From the NCBI GenBank assembly GCA_039934875.1, contig JBDTLH010000194.1, positions 1 through 43,176 of the forward strand: DNA of 43,176 bases. Reading direction: 5' to 3'. Made by a program: the position numbers and the translations under genes. Shown piece after piece: positions 17,947-25,640 of this stretch. Numbering within the stretch: position 1 is the stretch's first letter; the number at the start of each line of letters is the position of its first letter. The stretch is from Acidobacteriaceae bacterium. GTDB taxonomy: Bacteria > Acidobacteriota > Terriglobia > Terriglobales > Acidobacteriaceae. The notes beneath the pieces were generated by a model that was given only the letters and a program-made list of their open reading frames with translations, was not told the DNA's origin and did no database searches.

Positions 17947-18807
17947 ATGGCGAAACAATCCCCTTCCATTCTGGTTTTAGCCTTGTTGATGGTCCTGTTC
18001 GTGCCCCTGTTAGCGCTGGCGCAAAAGGGAGAGGGGCCGATTGATCCGGCTCCGCCCAAAGGCCACACCCCGGACGAGATCATCAAGATCGTTGCCGCAA
18101 AAGAGAAGGAGTTCCAGGCCGCCCGCGAGCGCTATGTCTATCGCCAGGATGTGAAGGTAGAGGAGTATGACGGGAGCGCCGTCGCCGGCACCTTCCGCGA
18201 GATCTCGGATATCACCTTCGATGATCGTGGCAAGCGGAGCGAAACCGTGGTCTTCGCGCCGCAGAACGGATTGCAAAAAATCCAGATGACCCGCCAGGAC
18301 ATCGACGACATCGAAAACCATTTCCCCTTTGTAGTCACCACCGACACTCTGCCCACCTATGACATCAAATATGTGGGGCATCAGCAGGTGGACGAACTGG
18401 GTACCTACGTCTTCGACCTTGATCCGGTGCACATGGAGAAGAACAAACGCTATTTCAAGGGCCGCATCTGGGTGGACGACCAAGACTTGATGATCGTGAA
18501 GACATCCGGCGTCGGCGTGCCCAACCCCAAGGAAAATCAGCCAGTGCCCTTCACCACCTGGCGCGAGCAGATCGACGGCAAGTACTGGTTCCCCACCTAC
18601 ACCAGCGGACAGGCTGACATCAAAGCCTATGACCACGGGCAGGTAGTGGATTCCACGCCAGTGCGGGTAATAGTCAAGTACACGGATTACAAGCAGTACC
18701 GCTCCACGGTGAAGATCACCTATGGCGACGAGGTGCCGAATACGAACGCGCCCCAGGCTCCGGCAGCCCCCCAGACAACTCCGCCGCCGCCGCCCAATCC
18801 CAAGTAG
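17947..18807 (+). CDS. secreted protein, possibly LolA-like / lipoprotein-sorting fold
   Basis: 286 aa. Signal peptide LVLALLMVLFVPLLALAQ. The mid-region (GTYVFDLDP...YFKGRIWVDDQDLMIVK...KYWFP) resembles LolA-like DUF proteins from memory only. Pro-rich C-terminal tail. Confidence 0.4.
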   Translation: MAKQSPSILVLALLMVLFVPLLALAQKGEGPIDPAPPKGHTPDEIIKIVAAKEKEFQAARERYVYRQDVKVEEYDGSAVAGTFREISDITFDDRGKRSETVVFAPQNGLQKIQMTRQDIDDIENHFPFVVTTDTLPTYDIKYVGHQQVDELGTYVFDLDPVHMEKNKRYFKGRIWVDDQDLMIVKTSGVGVPNPKENQPVPFTTWREQIDGKYWFPTYTSGQADIKAYDHGQVVDSTPVRVIVKYTDYKQYRSTVKITYGDEVPNTNAPQAPAAPQTTPPPPPNPK

Positions 18808-18826
18808 CAAGTGATAGCTTTAATAG

Positions 18827-19618
18827 GTGGAGAGAATCGAGCACGGAGGGCCGGGCGACGCGATCGAAAATCCGGTGTGGACCTTCGGCGATGTGCTGCT
18901 GGTTTCGCTCGGCGGAGTTGCCTTTTTTCTGCTGCTCGGAATTCCCACCATTCTGATGTTTGCTTCGGTGCCATTGCTCGAAGCGGGGCGCTCGCCCAAC
19001 CTCACGGCGACGATCGCCGGCGTTATTGCGCAGACTCTTACTTATATCGCGGTCCTGGTGCTGATTGGGCGCGTGGTGCGCACCCGCGGCACTTCCTTGC
19101 ATCAGTATCTTTCGACCCTCGCGGCGCTGCGCTGGAACCCGCCGCGCAACCGTGTGTTGTTTGCCGCCGTGGGCGTATCGCTGGCGGTGCTGTTCGCCAT
19201 GACCTCGCGCTTTTTGCCCATTCCTCCCGATCTGCCTCTGGACAAGGCATTTTCCACCACCTTTTCCTCCTACATCGTCGCGCTCTTTGGCATCGCAGTG
19301 GCGCCTCTCTTTGAAGAGATATACTTTCGCGGCCTCCTCTATCCCGTGCTGGTGCGCGGCTTTCGCAAAGCGGGCGCGACGCTGGCCGTCTCCCTCGCGG
19401 TTACGGTCACGGCGGCGCTCTTCGCGCTGGTGCATGCCCGACAACTCGAAGACTCCTGGGCGCCTCTGCTGGTCATCTTCGTCGTCGGCATCGTGCTTAC
19501 GCTGATTCGCGCGCAGACCAGGTCGGTGGCGGCGAGTTGGATCGTGCACCTCTGCTACAACTCCACCTTGTTCGTGCTGATGTTTGTGCAGACCAGCGGG
19601 TTTCGCAAGCTGCAGTAA
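18827..19618 (+). CDS. CPBP family (CAAX/Abi-type) intramembrane glutamic protease
   Basis: 263 aa polytopic protein with all three CPBP motifs: EExxxR (LFEEIYFRGLLY), FxxxH (LFALVHA) and HxxxN (VHLCYN). GTG start. Confidence 0.85.
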   Translation: MERIEHGGPGDAIENPVWTFGDVLLVSLGGVAFFLLLGIPTILMFASVPLLEAGRSPNLTATIAGVIAQTLTYIAVLVLIGRVVRTRGTSLHQYLSTLAALRWNPPRNRVLFAAVGVSLAVLFAMTSRFLPIPPDLPLDKAFSTTFSSYIVALFGIAVAPLFEEIYFRGLLYPVLVRGFRKAGATLAVSLAVTVTAALFALVHARQLEDSWAPLLVIFVVGIVLTLIRAQTRSVAASWIVHLCYNSTLFVLMFVQTSGFRKLQ

Positions 19619-19632
19619 GGCGGTATGGTGAA

Positions 19633-20574
19633 TCAGCTCTCTTCCAACTGCTTCACCAGTGCATAGAGCGTCTTGTTAACTGGTGTGGGAATGCCATGCC
19701 CGCCTCCGCGCCGGACGATGTATCCGTTAAGGGAATCGATTTCCGTGCGCTTGTGCCGGCCGAGGTCTTGCGCGGTAGAGGAGCGGGCCTCTTTCATTTT
19801 GCTGCCTAGGGCCAGCGCCGCGGCAATCATCGCTTCTTCTGAGAGTGCGACGCCTTCCGCATGGGCGACGGCGACCGCCTCCCGGACCGCATCCTGCAAC
19901 ACTTCGCGGCTAAGTTCATTTTCGAGAATGGCGCCATACTTCGATTTGCTTAGAGCGGATATCGCGTTGTAGGCGCAGTTCATCATCATCTTCTTCCATA
20001 GCTCAACCTCTATTTCAGCGGAGACAACGCACGGGACCAGCGCGGCGGCGAAGAGCGAGCAGACCGCTGCGAGATCGTGTACGCGGGAGCTGCTCTTCCG
20101 ATCGCCGATCAGCAGGTCGCCGCGGCCGGCATGTTGGACCCGTCCCGGCGCGCTCATCGATGCGGCGACATAGACCACCGCCGGTACGGCTTCCATTTGC
20201 GTAGCGGAGCGCATGCGCTCCACATTGTCCACGCCGTTCTGCATGCTGAGCACGACGGCATCGGGCGCGAGAAACGGCGCGAGTTCGCGGGCGGCCTCTT
20301 CGGTGTCCAGGGTCTTTACGCAGAAGAGTACGAGACCGGCGTTCCGCGCCGCGCTCATCTCGGTTGAGGCGGATACCGCAACCGGTTCTTTGAACGTCAT
20401 CGTGTCCATGAACAACCCATCTCGTCGGATGGCATTGACGTGTTCGGGCCTGCCAATCAGAACCACAGGATAGCCGGCGCGCGCCAGCATGCCGCCAAAG
20501 TAGCAGCCCACCGCGCCCGCCCCGACGACCACGATTCGATTTGGATTGTTTTCTGCGATCTTGATTTCTCTCAC
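19633..20574 (-). CDS. panE: 2-dehydropantoate 2-reductase
   Basis: 313 aa. Rossmann motif VVVGAGAVGCYFGGMLARAG. ApbA/PanE C-terminal domain (TAQDLGRHKRTEIDSLNGYIV). Confidence 0.8.
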   Translation of the reverse strand: MREIKIAENNPNRIVVVGAGAVGCYFGGMLARAGYPVVLIGRPEHVNAIRRDGLFMDTMTFKEPVAVSASTEMSAARNAGLVLFCVKTLDTEEAARELAPFLAPDAVVLSMQNGVDNVERMRSATQMEAVPAVVYVAASMSAPGRVQHAGRGDLLIGDRKSSSRVHDLAAVCSLFAAALVPCVVSAEIEVELWKKMMMNCAYNAISALSKSKYGAILENELSREVLQDAVREAVAVAHAEGVALSEEAMIAAALALGSKMKEARSSTAQDLGRHKRTEIDSLNGYIVRRGGGHGIPTPVNKTLYALVKQLEES

Positions 20575-20884
20575 CCAGAGTATCGTCCGGCCGATGTCTC
20601 TTGTTTCAACCCTTCATCGCGGCCCTTGGTTCGGATATCTAAAAACATCCGCTGCGTCGGTTTGTTCTGGCTCCCCTCATCAACTGAAATAAATCCATAC
20701 TTTGGTACGAAGATACTTTGGCCTAATACGCTTCTGTCATTATGCAACGGCAGTTCTGCGACGCTCAAACCAATTCTGCCCGTTCCGCGAGTAGAAGCCG
20801 ACCACGGAGGAGCAGGTGGGGAGCGCATCCCCATGGCTGTTATGCCTGTTACCGCTGTTCCCGCCGGTGAGCACCAACCGTCTC

Positions 20885-21409
20885 TCATTGTTTCAGCAGT
20901 GTTTCCACCTCGCGCTGCCGATATCGGAAGACGCCCGCAAGGTTTACCCGCGCAATACCATCTGTCCAATCGGAGAGCCGCGGCAGAGGCAACTCATACT
21001 CCAGCTCATCACGCACCAGGGTGCCGTCGATGCCGCCGCGCTCCTGTGGTTGCACGCGATGGCAGTGATGCCAATATTTGAAAGGCCCGGCAAGCTGCGT
21101 ATCGCAAAAATGAGAGAGATAGACGAATTCGCTGATCAGCACCCGCCAGCCGATTCGGAATGGCAGAAACGGCACCGGGCGGAAGGTCACATATAGCTCT
21201 GAACCCTCAGCGGCGACCGCGTGCGGCAGGTGCGGCATGTCGTTGTTTCGGTTTTGCTCTCGCGCGGGCGTGGCGAGCTTGGCGCTTTCAATGCGCGTCT
21301 TCTGCCAGGCCGGCATGATGCGCGGCAGGTTCTCCGGATTGGCGAAAAAGTTGAACACGCGCTCGGGCGGGTAGGGCAGCCACTGTTGGGTTTCGAAATG
21401 ATGTCGCAT
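20885..21409 (-). CDS. SRPBCC (START/cyclase-dehydrase-like) family protein
   Basis: 174 aa. N-terminus HFETQQWLPYPPERVFNFFANPENLPRIMP is typical of the SRPBCC COG4276-like family. Confidence 0.6.
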   Translation of the reverse strand: MRHHFETQQWLPYPPERVFNFFANPENLPRIMPAWQKTRIESAKLATPAREQNRNNDMPHLPHAVAAEGSELYVTFRPVPFLPFRIGWRVLISEFVYLSHFCDTQLAGPFKYWHHCHRVQPQERGGIDGTLVRDELEYELPLPRLSDWTDGIARVNLAGVFRYRQREVETLLKQ

Positions 21410-21543
21410 GTCTGCCCTTCTTCATCCGTCCTAAGATGCAGTTCCGGGATCCCGTAATTGGGGGTGCTAGGAGAAGCCTTTCACCACGGAGGCACGGAGG
21501 AAGGCAGGGCGGGCCGCTGCCCTGCAAGGATTGTTTTTTGCGC

Positions 21544-21753
21544 TTATGCGGCGGTGTGGATGGGTTGGTGATGCAGAACCATGAGTTGGGCGGAGATCAC
21601 GGACAAGAGGGCATAGGCCTCACCTTGCAGGTTTGCAAACTCAACCTCGAAGACCCCGGGGGCGAGTTGCTCGACGATAGTGCCGACTTGCCCGCGGCGC
21701 AGTTCGTGCGCGGGGAGGTCAGTTGTGAGCGCGACCACATCGTACAAATTCAT
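21544..21753 (-). CDS. DUF4926-like small protein
   Basis: 69 aa. MNLYDVVALTTDLPAHELRRGQVGTIVEQLAPGVFEVEFANLQGEAYALLSV matches my memory of the DUF4926 pattern. A strong SD (AAGGAGG) lies 4 nt upstream, embedded in the last codons of the preceding ORF. Confidence 0.65.
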   Translation of the reverse strand: MNLYDVVALTTDLPAHELRRGQVGTIVEQLAPGVFEVEFANLQGEAYALLSVISAQLMVLHHQPIHTAA

Positions 21754-22098
21754 CTAGCCTCCTTCCTTCCTGAGAAAACACGTTGTAAGTCTTGGAACAC
21801 GCTCGCCAGAAAGTACGATCCAAGCAGAACGCACTATGGCGTGATGTCCCTTGTGTTCTATCGCAGAGTTTAGCATATAGCGCTGCCCAAATTGGTCCAG
21901 ATTGGCGACGCTGACCTCTTCGGTGAGAGCGGTCCTAAGCAGGGCAACCCTGAGCCATTCCGCATCTTCTTGGGTTAGATGAAGCACGGCACGAAATAGC
22001 CTCGCTTTGTGACGCCCCTCCGGATGATAAGGATTGAGGCAGTAGTCCCGGAGCTTGTGGATATCAACGATTGCCTCAGGGCCATACGGTAGCTTCAT
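21754..22098 (-). CDS. DUF6883-like protein
   Basis: 114 aa. KLRDYCLNPYHPEGRHKARLFRAVLHLTQED ... PRLTTCF matches my memory of DUF6883. The ATG lies 3 nt after the glyS stop, and the stop abuts the next ATG. Confidence 0.6.
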   Translation of the reverse strand: MKLPYGPEAIVDIHKLRDYCLNPYHPEGRHKARLFRAVLHLTQEDAEWLRVALLRTALTEEVSVANLDQFGQRYMLNSAIEHKGHHAIVRSAWIVLSGERVPRLTTCFLRKEGG

Positions 22099-22101
22099 CA
22101 G

Positions 22102-24216
22102 CTATTTTTCCGCGGCGACGATGTCGGAAAAATCAGCAATGCGGCGGATCTGACCGATTAGCATGTTCAAGAACGAGAGTCTATCTTTTCGTACATCCTC
22201 ATCCTCTGCCATCACAAGAACTTTCTCGAAATATTCATCGACATGAGGTTTCAAGTTGACTATGACCTGGAGCGCCTTCGGGTAATTTCCATTGTCGATA
22301 TATTTGGAGAGATAGCCATCGCCTTTGTTCATGTTGGTGAATATCTGAGTTTCTTCCGCCGTCGCAAACTCAGGGAAGAATTCGCCGACCTGATAATTTC
22401 GTTGCAGTGCTTGTCTCAGAATATTTTGCATCCGCTTGAAGGAGACAGCGATCGCCTCGAAGTCGGAAGAGGAGCGCACTTCGGTGACGGCCTGGGCGCG
22501 CAGCACCCCGTCGCTTACATCATCTGAATCGACGGCGAGCACCGCATTCACCACGTCATAGGCGAACCCTAAAACATCCTTCAAATAAAACTCGACGCGC
22601 TCGCGGAAGAAGGTGGCGATAGACTTTTCGTACTCGGAGTTGCGGAAGCGAGATTGCGCCTCGGAGCCGTCGTAGGCGTGCAGCGCGGCATTCAGCAAAG
22701 CGGAGATGCGGATCGGCAGTGCGTGAGCGTGGATGGCTTTAACCAACCCGTTGGCCTGGCGGCGCAAGGCGAAGGGATCTTTGGAGCCGCTGGGAATCAA
22801 CCCCAGCGCAAACATGCCCGCGATCGAGTCGGCTTTGTCGGAGATCGAAACCAGCGCGCCCTCTTTGCTGCGCGGCGCATCGGATTCGGCGGAGACAGGT
22901 TTGTACTGATCGTAGATCGCGGTCGCGACCGCATCGCTGTGCCCCTGGGACCGGGCATAGAGCCCTCCGATGACGCCCTGCAGCTCGGTGAACTCTTTCA
23001 CTAGCTCCGTGGTGAGATCGCACTTCGCCAGCGAGGCCGCAGTCTCCGCCGCTCCCGCGTCAACCGGAGAAACTTGCGCGGCCAGCCAATTCACCAGCCC
23101 AACCATGCGCGCGGACTTCTCCGCATAGCTGCCCAGCTCCTTCTGAAAGGTGACTGCCGCGAGCATCGAAGAGCGGCCCATAAGCGGGATGCGCTGGTCG
23201 GCGTTCCAGAAGAAGCGGGCGTCGTTGAAGCGCGCCCGGAGAACGCGCTCGTTGCCGTGAGTAATCAACGCTGCGGCTCGATCGTCGGCTTGCGTGTTCA
23301 ACACCGCAAGAAAATGCGGCGCCAGCTTTCCCTGCTCATCTTCCAACGCAAAATATTTCTGGTGGTCGCGCATCGCCGTGACCAAAACCTCTTCCGGCAA
23401 TTCCAGATATTCACGCTCAAAGCTGCCCATGATTACCGACGGCGCTTCCGTGAGGTTCACCACTGTGTCCAGCAACGCGTCGTGCCGGCGCACCCGCAAA
23501 CCCTTTGCCATCGCCAGCGCCTCCATCTGTTCGGAAATGATACGGGCGCGCTCCTGCGGATCGGCAACCACGCCTCCCTGCGCCATCGCCTGTTCATAAT
23601 CGCCAGGCGTATGAATCGCGATCTCTCGCGGGTCGAGGATACGGTGCCCCCGGGTGGTATTGCTCGAAGCTATACCGCCGAATTCAAAGGGAATGATTTC
23701 GGCATCCAGCAGGGCCACGATCCAGCGCAGGGGGCGGACGAAGCGCTCCGGCCTTCCCGCCCGCCAATACATGCTCTTCGGCCAATAAATGCCGGCAATC
23801 TCTTTAGCCAATGCCTCCGCGAGCACCTCCCGTGCCGGACGCCCTCTCTGCGTTATCGCGGCGCTAAGATACTCACCTTTCGCGGTCGTGATGGTCTTGA
23901 GTTCGCTCACCGGCTGCTTGACCCGTTTAGCGAAGGCTTCGGCGGCGGCAGTGGGTGCGCCGTCTTTGAAGGCTATCTTGACCGCCGGGCCATTGACCGT
24001 CTCCTGCGCGTCGGGTTGCGCCTCAAGCACATCGCGCACCAGCACGGCGAGACGGCGGGGGGTCGAGAAGGACCGGCTCGATATTGCGGAGCGAAGTGGC
24101 GAGAGATGTTCGCGCACCAGCAGGGCGGTGATGCGCGCAGCAAGCTCTTCCCGCGCCCCGTCAATCATCCGGGCGGGGATCTCTTCGGTTCCGATTTCTA
24201 GCAAAAAGTCTGGCAT
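22102..24216 (-). CDS. glyS: glycine--tRNA ligase beta subunit
   Basis: 704 aa. N-terminus MPDFLLEIGTEEIPARM and overall length and architecture are typical of GlyS. Confidence 0.95.
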   Translation of the reverse strand: MPDFLLEIGTEEIPARMIDGAREELAARITALLVREHLSPLRSAISSRSFSTPRRLAVLVRDVLEAQPDAQETVNGPAVKIAFKDGAPTAAAEAFAKRVKQPVSELKTITTAKGEYLSAAITQRGRPAREVLAEALAKEIAGIYWPKSMYWRAGRPERFVRPLRWIVALLDAEIIPFEFGGIASSNTTRGHRILDPREIAIHTPGDYEQAMAQGGVVADPQERARIISEQMEALAMAKGLRVRRHDALLDTVVNLTEAPSVIMGSFEREYLELPEEVLVTAMRDHQKYFALEDEQGKLAPHFLAVLNTQADDRAAALITHGNERVLRARFNDARFFWNADQRIPLMGRSSMLAAVTFQKELGSYAEKSARMVGLVNWLAAQVSPVDAGAAETAASLAKCDLTTELVKEFTELQGVIGGLYARSQGHSDAVATAIYDQYKPVSAESDAPRSKEGALVSISDKADSIAGMFALGLIPSGSKDPFALRRQANGLVKAIHAHALPIRISALLNAALHAYDGSEAQSRFRNSEYEKSIATFFRERVEFYLKDVLGFAYDVVNAVLAVDSDDVSDGVLRAQAVTEVRSSSDFEAIAVSFKRMQNILRQALQRNYQVGEFFPEFATAEETQIFTNMNKGDGYLSKYIDNGNYPKALQVIVNLKPHVDEYFEKVLVMAEDEDVRKDRLSFLNMLIGQIRRIADFSDIVAAEK

Positions 24217-24420
24217 GGGATAGTGACTAGTCTTGATTCGTGTGTTTCAAAAAACTCGGGGTGCTGGCTCATTGAAACTGAAAGGTTCCTCGCACTGCTT
24301 CTATACCCTCATTGCATTGTCCGTCCAGCAACTATGTAATTTGTACTGCCTGACATCGTTCCGAAACACAGTGCGTTGAAAACTCCAGATATTCGCTGTT
24401 TTGATCGTTTTTCTCTCGTA

Positions 24421-24512
24421 TCGTGCGCGAAAAACGCACGTTTTTTTGCGCTTTTTGGCCCTCAAATCTGAGCGGTTTACCCGATATAGCTTTGCGCACA
24501 TAACTCAGCAGA
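24421..24512 (-). repeat. copy A of a dispersed intergenic repeat (minus orientation) in the glyQ-glyS spacer
   Basis: Shares an exact 13-mer (CAAAGCTATATCG; plus-strand complement at 24482-24494) with copy B. Also shares the flanking motifs TCTGC, GAG(G/A)(G/T)C-CAAAAAGCGC and CGTTTT(T)CGC(G)CAC. Aligned by eye. Confidence 0.45.
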
Positions 24513-24517
24513 TTGCC

Positions 24518-25549
24518 TTACCTTGTACCTACTGGCAATGCCGCCCTCTCCCCCGCCATCTGCTGCTGCATATATGCCCGTGCGGTCCCCACTGCGAGCG
24601 CCCGGATGCGCGCGATCACCCCCACCCGCTCGGTCACCGAAACCGCCCCGCGGGCGTCGAGCAGGTTGAATAAGTGCGAGCACTTCAGGCAGAGATCATA
24701 AGCCGCGAGCAAGGGGAAGCGGCGGATCTCCTCGGCGTTGGCTTCGATCAGTTGCGCCTGCTCATCGGCATCGACGACGCCACGCGTACTCCCCTCGGGT
24801 GCTTGCGCGTAAGCGGCGAATTGCGCCAGCAGCCCCTTGCACTCCGCCTCATAGTTGGCGAAGTTCTGCCAGGTCTTTTCTACGTCCGCCAGCTCGAAGT
24901 TATAGACGGAGAAGTGCAGTTCGTCCTGATAGCGCACCTCTCCGTAAGTAATCTCGGTGCCATCCGGCTGGCGCACCCATACGATGTCGTAGATAGAATC
25001 CACATCCTGAAGAAACGCGGCAATGCGTTCCAGGCCGTAGGTCAGCTCGGCGGAGATGGGATCGAGGTCTTCTCCACCGCACTGCTGAAAGTACGTGAAC
25101 TGGGTGATCTCCAGCCCATCCAGCATCACCTGCCAGCCCACACCCCAGGCGGTGAGGGTGGGCGCCTCCCAGTTGTCCTCTTCGAACTTGATGTCATGCC
25201 GGGAGAGGTCGATGCCGATGGCGGTGAGCGATTCGAGATAGACCTCCTGCACCTTGGCGATCGGAGGCTTGGTGATCACTTGAAACTGGGTGTGCTTGTA
25301 GAGGCGGTTAGGGTTGTCGCCGTAGCGTCCGTCAGCGGGGCGGCGCGAGGGCTGCACATACGCCACCGCATACGGCTTGGGTCCGAGGACCCGCAGGAAG
25401 GTCTCCGGCGACATCGTGCCCGCGCCGACTTCTACATCATAGGGCTGTTGCAGGATGCATCCCCGCTCCGCCCAGAATTGCTGGAGGCGGAGGATCAGCT
25501 CTTGAAAGGTGAGTGGCTGGGGTTGGGGCACGACATTTGAGTTTAGCAA
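24518..25549 (-). CDS. glyQ: glycine--tRNA ligase alpha subunit
   Basis: 343 aa. [36 protein letters not shown] and [22 protein letters not shown] are hallmark GlyQ motifs. Confidence 0.95.
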   Translation of the reverse strand: MLNSNVVPQPQPLTFQELILRLQQFWAERGCILQQPYDVEVGAGTMSPETFLRVLGPKPYAVAYVQPSRRPADGRYGDNPNRLYKHTQFQVITKPPIAKVQEVYLESLTAIGIDLSRHDIKFEEDNWEAPTLTAWGVGWQVMLDGLEITQFTYFQQCGGEDLDPISAELTYGLERIAAFLQDVDSIYDIVWVRQPDGTEITYGEVRYQDELHFSVYNFELADVEKTWQNFANYEAECKGLLAQFAAYAQAPEGSTRGVVDADEQAQLIEANAEEIRRFPLLAAYDLCLKCSHLFNLLDARGAVSVTERVGVIARIRALAVGTARAYMQQQMAGERAALPVGTR

Positions 25550-25640
25550 GATTATTGAATCCTTGATTCATTTCGCATCGAGTCATTTGATCATTTGATT
25601 CAATGATCTCAATCTCAAACGAATCAATGAAATTCAATTT

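Noticed and set aside
20440-21081. 213-aa (+) and 132-aa (-) ORFs covering the panE upstream spacer.
   Set aside because: They overlap the panE and SRPBCC coding regions out of frame. They have low-complexity Pro/Arg/Ala composition and no domain signature.
24301-24501. 66-aa very basic ORF (MCAKLYRVNRSDLRAKKRKK...) in the glyQ-glyS spacer.
   Set aside because: The Lys/Arg richness is what AT-rich non-coding DNA gives on translation. There is no SD at a usable distance (AAGG is about 15 nt upstream) and I recognised no motif.
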